Shown piece by piece: positions 1 to 7,967 of a stretch of 64,000 nucleotides of DNA. Each line of letters begins with the position of its first letter. Position 1 is the stretch's first letter. The position numbers and the translations under genes are program-made. Source of the DNA: Desulfatiglandales bacterium (GTDB lineage: Bacteria > Desulfobacterota > DSM-4660 > Desulfatiglandales > HGW-15); the NCBI GenBank assembly GCA_963667015.2, contig CAXXJJ010000004.1, positions 896,001 to 960,000 of the forward strand. Reading direction: 5' to 3'. The notes beneath the pieces were generated by a model, which was not told where the DNA came from, did no database searches, and saw only the letters and a list, made by a program, of their open reading frames with translations.

Positions 1-2
1 AA

Positions 3-1163
3 CGCACATTAGGAGAACGAACCTACAGGCAGCTCATGCCATGGCTTCAGCATGTCGCAAGACCGACATATGAGCATAACAACTCATCTACTGAATGGTT
101 CTGGAAACATCTGAGAAAGACGTCTACCCTGGTGAATATGGGATTTAAATTAACCACTGCAGCGGATCAGTGGACGGCGATTTTACTGGCTGCCCCCGAA
201 ATCGGGTCAATGCGAATTCTTCAGGGCTTGAAACAGTTTTACCGGGATCCAAAAAATTCAATTAAATGGGTTCATGAATTAAGCCCACAGATGCGTTTTA
301 GGTCAAAGCAGTTTGACAGGGATCTTAACCAGTTCGGGAACTCTTTTGATCCGAAATCCATAGCATGGACCGAAGACGTAAAAGACGCCGCGTTCTGGCT
401 TATTAAATTGAATGACCTGGCTGTGACTTACCCTGTCTGGATTGGATCATATCATAAAGGGATGAGCAAGTTTAACGGGGATCAGGACAGCGCTGTTGAG
501 TACGCGGATATGATTGTCAGAAAAACACAATCAACGGCCGCACCGTGGGTGTTATCAGCATTCCAGCGGGGGGGGAAAACTAAGAGCGAAGCAGTTAAGA
601 TGGTCGGTATGTTTTACACGTTTTTCGCCACGTTCAAGAATCAGATGAGAGAGGTTCATAGGCGATATGGCGCCAAGGACATTAACACGGTTCAGTTAAT
701 GGCTGCTTATTGGTGGAAAGTTATTTTACCCGGTTCCCTGGGAGGGGCCTTGATCCCGAAACTGGCATTATGGGCGCTTTTTGGTGAGGATGATGACGAA
801 CCTGAAAAACTTATAAAGAAAATACCAAAAAATCTTGTTGGCTACTATCTGGGAGGCGTACCGATCCTGAGGGATGTTGTAAACGGCATGATGAATAATT
901 ATGGGTACTCCTTTACCCCGATCGAAGAGGCATTTGAATCAGCTGTTAATTTGGGAAAGGGAATTACAAACCCCGATTACTGGACATCTAGAAAGCTGGT
1001 TAAAGGAGTTATAAAAACAACAGGCTATATTTTCGGATTACCATCGGCGCAGATCAATATAACGCTTGAAGGAATGCTGGACCTTATGAGCGGTGAGACT
1101 GAAGATCCATCAAAACTTCTTTTTTATAAAGAAGATAAAAAGCAGAGGAAATATAAAAGATAA
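3..1163 (+). CDS. C-terminal part of a large phage (internal virion-like) protein; 5'-truncated by the window edge
   Basis: Frame is open from position 3; helical/hydrophobic C-terminal region; lies directly upstream of the lysis genes. Confidence 0.6.
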   Translation, partial: RTLGERTYRQLMPWLQHVARPTYEHNNSSTEWFWKHLRKTSTLVNMGFKLTTAADQWTAILLAAPEIGSMRILQGLKQFYRDPKNSIKWVHELSPQMRFRSKQFDRDLNQFGNSFDPKSIAWTEDVKDAAFWLIKLNDLAVTYPVWIGSYHKGMSKFNGDQDSAVEYADMIVRKTQSTAAPWVLSAFQRGGKTKSEAVKMVGMFYTFFATFKNQMREVHRRYGAKDINTVQLMAAYWWKVILPGSLGGALIPKLALWALFGEDDDEPEKLIKKIPKNLVGYYLGGVPILRDVVNGMMNNYGYSFTPIEEAFESAVNLGKGITNPDYWTSRKLVKGVIKTTGYIFGLPSAQINITLEGMLDLMSGETEDPSKLLFYKEDKKQRKYKR

Positions 1164-1189
1164 ATATTTGACTTATACCGAGAAAGGAT

Positions 1190-1492
1190 TTGAGCATGAA
1201 TGTAGATCTGGAAGCATTGAAAACAGTTGGGTATGTAATTGGTGCAGCAGCCGGTGGAATGGGTGCGGGGATAGCAGCCGTAAAAACATGGCCTATCTGG
1301 AGAAAGAACAGCAATGATAAAAAAAAGTGCTCTGATCCGGATTGTCATGATCTTGTAATTATTACCGCTGAAAAGGTTGAAACCCTGGAAGATGGCCAGG
1401 CAGAGATCTTTAAAAAGCTGAATGATATTAATACAAATATGCCTTCCAGGATTGTGACTCTTTTAAAAGATACAAAAGGTTTACTTCAATAA
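1190..1492 (+). CDS. Small single-TM protein with coiled-coil tail (holin/XhlA-like phage membrane protein)
   Basis: Hydrophobic VGYVIGAAAGGMGAGIAAV then an amphipathic tail; precedes the endolysin. Confidence 0.5.
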   Translation: MSMNVDLEALKTVGYVIGAAAGGMGAGIAAVKTWPIWRKNSNDKKKCSDPDCHDLVIITAEKVETLEDGQAEIFKKLNDINTNMPSRIVTLLKDTKGLLQ

Positions 1493-1557
1493 CAGGGGCT
1501 GCCGTGCCTTATTTTGATTTTGGAAATAATGGAAAAACCTAAATATAGGGGTTAAAG

Positions 1558-1962
1558 ATGATACCTGTGATAGAAATTATAAGGCTTGAGGAAAGCGCCC
1601 GGGGAACATTCGGAGTGCTGAGAATACAAAAAGAGGTATTTTGTGTAACCCTGGAACCCCCGGATCAGGAGAATGCAAAGGATATTTCATCTATCCCCGC
1701 ACAGCAGTACATATGTGATAAGGTGAATTCTCCGAAATATGGTGAAACATTTGAGGTAAAAGGAGTTCCTGGCCGGGATTATGTTCTTTTACATGCGGGC
1801 AATGTAGTGGAACATACAAAGGGGTGCATCCTGCTGGCTCAGTATTTTGGAAAGCTGAGAGGTGAAAGGGCTGTGCTCAATAGTGGAAATACGTTCAAAG
1901 AGTTCATGTCAGCCATGAACGACTACGAATCTTTTAAGCTGACGATTAAAGAAGAATATTAA
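1558..1962 (+). CDS. DUF5675-family protein, putative phage L,D-peptidase endolysin
   Basis: Motifs GTFGVL, CVTLEPP, SIPA, VPGR..VLLHAGN...HTKGCILL (His/Cys pair typical of the family). Confidence 0.8.
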   Translation: MIPVIEIIRLEESARGTFGVLRIQKEVFCVTLEPPDQENAKDISSIPAQQYICDKVNSPKYGETFEVKGVPGRDYVLLHAGNVVEHTKGCILLAQYFGKLRGERAVLNSGNTFKEFMSAMNDYESFKLTIKEEY

Positions 1963-1970
1963 TAAAACAT

Positions 1971-2312
1971 ATGAGATCCCCAGTATTACTTTTTGTTCTT
2001 TGTTTCCTTCTGTTTGCTAATACTGTTTTAGCACGGGAAATAACTCTGACCTGGGACGCAAACAGTGAGCCGGATCTGTCGCATTATGTGGTTTATTGGG
2101 GCGAGAGTTCCGGGCAGTATTCTAATAACAGTGGTGATATCGGGCTTGTCACGACTTATAAATGCACCCTTCCTGATGATGGTAAGGTTTATTATTTTGC
2201 GGTTACGGCAGTCGATGAAGCAGGGCTGGAATCGGATTATTCTAATGAGGTGCATACACCGGATTTGCCACCTCCAACATTTATCTTCAAGAAAAAGGAG
2301 CCTAAAAAATGA
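1971..2312 (+). CDS. Secreted fibronectin type III domain protein
   Basis: Signal peptide, then ITLTWDANSEPDL..Y.VYWG...YYFAVTAVD.AGLESDYSNEV. Confidence 0.8.
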   Translation: MRSPVLLFVLCFLLFANTVLAREITLTWDANSEPDLSHYVVYWGESSGQYSNNSGDIGLVTTYKCTLPDDGKVYYFAVTAVDEAGLESDYSNEVHTPDLPPPTFIFKKKEPKK

Positions 2313-2632
2313 TTGAAGCAAGACTGGCAGAGTATGAAGTGGAAATTCCTCCGTCAACAAGTGAGGATGTGGCCGGGTACCTGATGTATTTTTGCCCAGA
2401 GGCTGAAGAAATAACAGAGGACACACCGCATATTGACCTGGGAAAGGTTGATAGTTTTACATTTCCAGGGGATCACGAAGAGCTGAAAGGCCTTAACGGG
2501 AATTACCGTGTAGCAGGACGGTCTTATGATAAATTTGGCAACCTGGGGCAGTCGGGAGAAGAGATAATAGTCCCTTTGGATTCAGTGCCTCCGGCACCCC
2601 CGGGGGCATTCGTTTTTATTTTAAAAAAATAA
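2309..2632 (+). CDS. Fn3-like hypothetical phage protein
   Basis: ATGA overlap with the previous gene; SEDVAGYLMY...YRVAGRSYDKFGN...D.VPPAPP resembles a degenerate Fn3. Confidence 0.55.
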   Translation: MIEARLAEYEVEIPPSTSEDVAGYLMYFCPEAEEITEDTPHIDLGKVDSFTFPGDHEELKGLNGNYRVAGRSYDKFGNLGQSGEEIIVPLDSVPPAPPGAFVFILKK

Positions 2633-2668
2633 TTGAATGGTTGAAACGGCTTTTCAAACAATAGAGGT

Positions 2669-3244
2669 GTGAAAATGAAACTCGGACAGATATTAACGAA
2701 AATAGGTAAAGGAGTGATTAAAGATGTCGTTCCCCTGGCCGGAACGGTATTCGATATTGTTGAGGAATTTACCGGGGAAAAATATGACCGCGAAACTACT
2801 ACCGGTCAGGATCTCCTGAAGGCTTGCAACGGTTTATCATCAGATGCCCAGGCGCAGATCTTCAGCAAGGAGCTGGATGTTGAGATTGTCCAGGAAGAAG
2901 AATGGACCAAACGATTTCAGGCCCTGAATCAGGCTGATGAATCGGGAAAAACCTCCAGACCCAAAATTGCATTGATGATCGCATATTCAGTATGTATCCC
3001 GGTGAATCTTTTTTCTATAGCATTGTTTATCGTTACACTTATGGGGAAACCGGAAATGGTTAAAGCATTAAGTGACTGTGCCTTGATCGTTCTTTCTCTC
3101 ATAGGCCCACTCTTGACTGTACTCTATGGATATTTTGGTATGAGGCGGGATGAAAAGAAAGCAAGATATAATCTTGCTGCAGGGCAATCTTCTCCTCTGG
3201 GGGTAATCGGGAAAATGGTCAGCGCTTTTAAGGGAGGAGCTTAA
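2669..3244 (+). CDS. Phage holin-like membrane protein
   Basis: SRPKIA followed by two TM helices and the YFGMR motif near the C-terminus; last gene of the lysis cluster. Confidence 0.6.
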   Translation: MKMKLGQILTKIGKGVIKDVVPLAGTVFDIVEEFTGEKYDRETTTGQDLLKACNGLSSDAQAQIFSKELDVEIVQEEEWTKRFQALNQADESGKTSRPKIALMIAYSVCIPVNLFSIALFIVTLMGKPEMVKALSDCALIVLSLIGPLLTVLYGYFGMRRDEKKARYNLAAGQSSPLGVIGKMVSAFKGGA

Positions 3245-3250
3245 TTAATA

Positions 3251-3279
3251 TTGACAAGAATTTAACCGTATAAGATAAT
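3251..3279 (+). promoter_or_regulatory. Sigma70-like promoter
   Basis: TTGACA (3251-3256), 17-bp spacer, GATAAT (3274-3279). Confidence 0.5.
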
Positions 3280-3308
3280 TAACACACAATTTTATTATAT
3301 TCTGCATA

Positions 3309-3347
3309 GAAAGGCCGGGAGATTGTCTCCTGGCCTTTCGTTTTTTT
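3309..3347 (+). terminator. Rho-independent terminator
   Basis: GAAAGGCCGGGAGA-ttg-TCTCCTGGCCTTTC stem followed by a T-run. Confidence 0.85.
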
Positions 3348-3549
3348 ATTGACCACCCGGCCAGATCTTCACTCTTGAATTATCATTCCATAGATAGGGC
3401 TCGGATTCCGCTTTGTCAGCCGCTCTCCATTCGTCCTTCGTCGGATCTTCAACAAACCCAAACATTTCACATTTGTGACACTTCACCATCAGGCTTTTTC
3501 CCTGTTGAGTTTTATCCGTTATATACCATTCATGTTTACAGTCATTCAT
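3346..3549 (-). CDS. Small Cys/His (possible Zn-binding) hypothetical protein
   Basis: CKH...CHKC; start probably ATG 3549 (ORF track extends to 3579). Confidence 0.55.
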   Translation of the reverse strand: MNDCKHEWYITDKTQQGKSLMVKCHKCEMFGFVEDPTKDEWRAADKAESEPYLWNDNSRVKIWPGGQ

Positions 3550-3565
3550 TTTATAATTAAATCGC

Positions 3566-3925
3566 TCAGGAAAGCACACTTTTTATAACTATTCCCAAAG
3601 CCACTTTTATTGATTCAATTGTTAATGATTGTCCTTTATCGACGACATATTTCTTTGCTTTTTCCCAATTACCGCTGTTACGAGCCTGATCTAAGAATTC
3701 ATGACCGCTCCATGTAAGCCTATCAATATTGACTGCAATAGGAATATCTGATTCTTTTCTAAGTCTTTTTGAATAAAGAGGAATAGGTCCTTCTGCTAAA
3801 CCACCACTAATCAATAATGCCATATGATAGTAAATTTGATCCTCTGTATATTCGGATAGATCAACTTTTTCTTCTCCCTCAAAATGAATCAACAGTAGGC
3901 GTACTAAATCCATATCTCTTTTCAT
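3566..3925 (-). CDS. DUF2513 (winged-helix) family protein
   Basis: MKRDMDLVRLLL...YH..LL...GL...RLTWSGHEFLD..R; GGAGG RBS upstream of ATG 3925. Confidence 0.85.
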   Translation of the reverse strand: MKRDMDLVRLLLIHFEGEEKVDLSEYTEDQIYYHMALLISGGLAEGPIPLYSKRLRKESDIPIAVNIDRLTWSGHEFLDQARNSGNWEKAKKYVVDKGQSLTIESIKVALGIVIKSVLS

Positions 3926-4171
3926 TTTGTATTTACCTCCTCTTCTTATCGTTAGATTTGCGATTTCCTCTTTTACAATACTATTTGTTCTTTGACAAAT
4001 TCTCTTCACATTATCCTTATATTTTTAAGGCAATAATCCACATGTTTAAAAAAGCAAAATCCAACCCTTTATCTCCATGTAAAAGAATGCTACATTCCAG
4101 AAATATTCCAGTAAACTTATTTTAGGCGTGTAAGTTATTGATTTAATAGGTACTTATTTTTAAGTAGACGA

Positions 4172-4196
4172 GTTCGATTCCCATGCACTTCCGCCA
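4172..4196 (+). other. att site: duplicated 3' end of tRNA-Sec
   Basis: G-TTCGATT-CCCAT-GCACTTCC-G-CCA: T-loop, 5-nt T-stem strand, 8-nt acceptor strand, G discriminator and CCA. The 5' part of the tRNA is absent. Confidence 0.85.
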
Positions 4197-4255
4197 TATG
4201 TAATTGATTTTATTTATTATTTTACTTAATTTACGCTCCCCATTTTATCATAAAA

Positions 4256-4789
4256 ATGAACGACAATTTACTAAAAAAATACCTCCAGTATGCCAGCACG
4301 GATGAATCCTTTGCAGTTATCTTTGTGAAAAAGCATCTACTACAAAGTAAAGGTCATTGGGTTGATATTGTTGATTATCGACGTTATGAGATGTCTTCGG
4401 ACGATTTACACTTCCGATTCGTAGTGGGCGGACTGTATAAACGGAAAATACAGCCTAATTATCCTTCAAAATCTGCATTCACCATTGATGGAAAATTTGA
4501 TGAACATCAGTATCGATTAACTGTAAGAGCCCTAACATGGGAAACAGCACACAAAGATATAGAACAACAGAAATTAAATGACGAACCCGCACGTAAATTT
4601 AAATTAACAGGCGTTAGTTACGATATAAATCGAAACAACAATGGGTACTTCAAGGACGACGCACCGCTGGAGATAAAAGCTCTTGCAAAGGATTTAAATG
4701 ATCGCACAAACCCATTATGGGATAAAGCCATGCGATACATCAATAAACCTGAGTTTGTTTATAAAATAAAGCAAATTTATATCTCCTAG
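4256..4789 (+). CDS. Hypothetical protein
   Basis: 177-aa ORF; no family recognised. Confidence 0.6.
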   Translation: MNDNLLKKYLQYASTDESFAVIFVKKHLLQSKGHWVDIVDYRRYEMSSDDLHFRFVVGGLYKRKIQPNYPSKSAFTIDGKFDEHQYRLTVRALTWETAHKDIEQQKLNDEPARKFKLTGVSYDINRNNNGYFKDDAPLEIKALAKDLNDRTNPLWDKAMRYINKPEFVYKIKQIYIS

Positions 4790-5679
4790 CATGAAAAACC
4801 TAACGATCCCTTCAATCAAGGATGTCTAAAGCTCAGCTTGATCTGAATAATTTTCTTCTTTTCTACCATCCGGATTAACTCAAAAGATTTTTGGAATAGA
4901 CCCATTGTTTTGGCACCACTGTAAATCTTTTCTTTTAAAAGGTTCAACTGAGAGGTCAGGAGTTGTAGCTACTGCACATTTGCCTTTTTAAGCTGTTTTT
5001 TACATTTTATTAACAGTTTCGTTGTTGACTTAATTTCGTTTGAACCCTATCATTTGACTACAAAGGTAATCGCTTTTGTCAGGCCGGATGATCCTCCCGT
5101 TGTTTTCTCGACTACTCCCAATCATCCGGCTTTTCTATTTTTATTTCTAATGCCTGTCTATCTCTTGTATTGTATTATAAAAAGAGGTTTAAATAGTAGA
5201 TATCCCCGGAACCCCTCCCGGATTCCAGGGAATATAAATGGGAAGTATTAACACAGTAAGAAAGTAACGGAGGTAGTTGGTACACCTGCATTAACCTTAG
5301 TGGAGGGGATACAATATTTCCAGGCTCAAATCAATGTAAAAAAGGCCTGAACAAACAGGCATTTTTTAATATCAGGTGTAATTTCAATGGAAATTGAAAA
5401 TATAAAACAAGAGTACCAGTTCAATGGTATAAATTAAGTGCATTTAAAGAACTTATTGAATTAGAAATGGCTAAAAAATTAAATGAAATCAAAAATTGTT
5501 TGCGATATGCGAATGGAAAAAGATGCGTAGTCACATGATACAGTGAAACATTTTTAAAAAAACTGATTTCCCGTATGGATTTTTGCCTTGTTCCGGAATA
5601 AATGCCTTTGCTCACCACTGCCCTTTTCATGCCTCTTTCCAATTACCTCTTCGATAAAATGAACCACTTCTTTTAACTG

Positions 5680-5832
5680 GTGTCCATCCAGAAATAACAA
5701 AAATCCGGATGGAGCTTTCAGCATTCAGCTATCAGCCGTCAGCTAAAGCTCTGCTTTAAAAGCATTTAGCCAAAAGCTGAACGCTGACAGCTGACCGCGG
5801 CTATTCAAAAACGATAGTTTTTGGATTGGCAC
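5680..5832. mobile_element. MITE-like palindromic element, family A copy 1, with 6-bp flanking duplication TAACTG
   Basis: Imperfect TIRs GTGTCCATCCAGAAA / TTTTTGGATTGGCAC; internal TCAGC..n / GCTGA..n heptamer arms; TAACTG at 5674-5679 and 5833-5838. Confidence 0.7.
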
Positions 5833-6077
5833 TAACTGACATTTTCCACCTCTTTTCGTCAATTTCCGGATACATTTTTTATATACCAGTGACAGATACG
5901 CAGTGAATCTAATGCATCGTTAGCTAATAACATATATTTGTTTAATTCTGTTAAAATAATATTAATAAATTCTATTTTCCTACCGATAGATCATGTATAT
6001 CATTTTCTTTTACGGGCTGCGGTCAGTATAACCTGTTTTTAGGTCTTCTGATTACCAATATTGTCAGACCAGGGGGC

Positions 6078-6093
6078 TGGCATAGGATTTGCA
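6078..6093 (+). promoter_or_regulatory. Sigma54 (-24/-12) promoter
   Basis: TGGCATAGGATTTGCA, GG-N10-GC spacing. Confidence 0.7.
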
Positions 6094-6177
6094 ACATTTT
6101 TTCCAGGGCAACCTGTAATTCTACACAGTTTATACAGATATTATAAAAACAAATTCTACAACCTACAGGAGAAGATT

Positions 6178-7254
6178 GTGGATAAATTATTGCAATTTTT
6201 GAAGGAACTTCAAACAGATAATAAATTTAAAAATTTTGATGAGGCATCAATTAAGCAGGGAATTATTTTAAGAATTTTGTCGACTTTAGGCTGGGATCCA
6301 TTTGACTTAACTGAAATCCAACCTGAATACAGTGCAAAAAAACAGAAAATTGATTTTGTTTTAAAACAAAATGATTCACTAAAAACCTTTCTGATGGTTA
6401 AAAAGGGCCTCGACAACTTTAAAAATCATATCGAAATGCTGCTGAATTCTTCCGCAGAGTCCGGTGTAAAAATCGCTGTTTATACAAATGGTCTTTCATG
6501 GTGGTTTTTTCTGTCTTCTGCCGAAGGCAGCATTGATGATAAAAGGTTCTGGTCATTCGATTCAGGTAAAGAAAAGATTGAGGTAATTGCAAAAAGATTA
6601 CATGATTTCCTTTCAAAGGATAATATTGTCAGCGGGCAGGCGGAAAAGCTGGCTGACGAAATTATCAATAAAAGAAAAGAAGTGGCACTGATAAATGAAT
6701 ACCTTCCAAAGGCCTGGGAGAAGGTAATTAATGAACCGGAAATATACCTGGTTGATGTTATATCAGAAGTTACAAAAGGTCTTTGCGGGTATAAACCCAA
6801 ACGGGATAAAATTATTGAGTTTGTAAAGTCTGAAGGCAAGATAAAATCGAAAAAATCTGAGGAATTTGTAATCGACGATCTAACCAAAATAATAGATGAT
6901 AAAAGTGTTAAAAATGATAAACCTCAGAATGGCTACAAAGGCAAGATTATTAAATCTTTCATTTTTAAAGGCAATGAGTGTAATGTCAAATCATGGGAGG
7001 ATCTACCCTTTGAACTGTGCAATATAATCTACAAAAACCATAGGGAATCATTTGAAAACGTAATTTATATATCTCTCAAGGGGCGAGACTTCTTCTCAGA
7101 CAATCCTCACCAATTCCTTATAAACAGAGAAATTTCCGGAACAGGTATATTTATCAATACTGACCTGTCGGAATCGGTCGCAGTGGCCCTTTGTTTTGAG
7201 ATATTAAAACTTTTTGGCTATGAAGAAAGTGATCTTGTCATAAATACAAAATAG
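6178..7254 (+). CDS. HsdR N-terminal-like (PD-(D/E)xK fold) domain plus C-terminal SeqA-like DNA-binding domain; nuclease motif looks degenerate
   Basis: DEASIKQGIILRILSTLGWDPF..EIQPEY...KIDFVL...FLMVKK...AVYTNG..W; C-terminal VKSW...GRDFFS...GTGIFINTDLS; AGGAG RBS before GTG 6178. Confidence 0.65.
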   Translation: MDKLLQFLKELQTDNKFKNFDEASIKQGIILRILSTLGWDPFDLTEIQPEYSAKKQKIDFVLKQNDSLKTFLMVKKGLDNFKNHIEMLLNSSAESGVKIAVYTNGLSWWFFLSSAEGSIDDKRFWSFDSGKEKIEVIAKRLHDFLSKDNIVSGQAEKLADEIINKRKEVALINEYLPKAWEKVINEPEIYLVDVISEVTKGLCGYKPKRDKIIEFVKSEGKIKSKKSEEFVIDDLTKIIDDKSVKNDKPQNGYKGKIIKSFIFKGNECNVKSWEDLPFELCNIIYKNHRESFENVIYISLKGRDFFSDNPHQFLINREISGTGIFINTDLSESVAVALCFEILKLFGYEESDLVINTK

Positions 7255-7355
7255 TAAAAGAATTGTAGTCAGGTTATATCTTTAATAGATGACCTGGCTA
7301 CACTCTTCTTTGTTTTTAAAATATTATTTTAGAATTGAATAGTAGTAAAAATCTA

Positions 7356-7754
7356 TTAAATCTTTAATTCATAATCCGGATCAATTTCAAGCCATGCCTT
7401 TGCCTCATCAATGCTCTGAAATATTTTTGTCTTGAGTTTTTCCTCGTCAATATAAGCCTGATGATATTTTTTAATACCGGAAAAATAATCTTCCCTTGTA
7501 ACAATTGCGCATTTCTCATTGATAAATCTGTCAGACAACTCCTGTTTTCTTTTTGAAAAATCAATAGATTCACTGTTAGATAAACCGCTTTTCTTTAAAT
7601 CAACGTAATCAAGCAGCTTTTTCATAGGAGGAATATATGCAGGATCATTTGCCAGTTTTTCTATATGAGCCATAAGTTCCTCATACTTCAAATCATCAGA
7701 AGCCTTAACATAAACCAGTTTAATGTCTTCAAATATTTTATATTTAAGGGACAT
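7356..7754 (-). CDS. SpoIIAA/STAS-like small alpha/beta protein
   Basis: KKLLDY..L, KCAIV, and C-terminal IFQSIDEAKAWL pattern. Confidence 0.6.
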   Translation of the reverse strand: MSLKYKIFEDIKLVYVKASDDLKYEELMAHIEKLANDPAYIPPMKKLLDYVDLKKSGLSNSESIDFSKRKQELSDRFINEKCAIVTREDYFSGIKKYHQAYIDEEKLKTKIFQSIDEAKAWLEIDPDYELKI

Positions 7755-7935
7755 AAAATCACCTCCAATGAGTTATAAATAACGCCAATTTTTTATGTTC
7801 TTATTATATCACAATCGAGATGTAAAAACTAAGCTTCTTACCTGCAGAAAATACCTGGAAGATAAGTGCCCACGCAGTATGATTTGAGGGAAATCATATT
7901 TTAATACCTATAAAATCAGAAGTAAAGAACAGGTA

Positions 7936-7967
7936 AAGAATCCTGACACAAAAAGCCAGGATTCTTT
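7936..7967. terminator. Hairpin terminator downstream of the minus-strand surface protein gene
   Basis: AAAGAATCCTG...CAGGATTCTTT inverted repeat. Confidence 0.55.

Larger units (their letters stand above)
1..4196. mobile_element. Right end of a prophage integrated at a tRNA-Sec (selC) 3' end; left part lies outside the window
   Basis: Co-oriented virion-like and lysis genes at 1-3244, two oppositely oriented small genes, then a tRNA 3'-end fragment at 4172-4196 that lacks the rest of the tRNA. Confidence 0.8.

Noticed and set aside
4141..4196. Complete tRNA gene
   Set aside because: Only the T-loop and 3' strand are present; treated as an att duplication.
4798..4850. attC-like hairpin after the 4256-4789 gene (ACCTAAC...TTCAATCAAG...CTTGATCTGAA)
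   Set aside because: No matching GTTRRRY at the right end, and no integron integrase or array in the window.
5054..5642. Short ORFs 5054-5251 and 5421-5642
   Set aside because: TTG starts, no RBS or family signal, and overlap with hairpin structures.
6061..6177. ORF-track N-terminal extension of the restriction-like gene
   Set aside because: It overlaps the sigma54 promoter; AGGAG plus GTG at 6178 is the better start.
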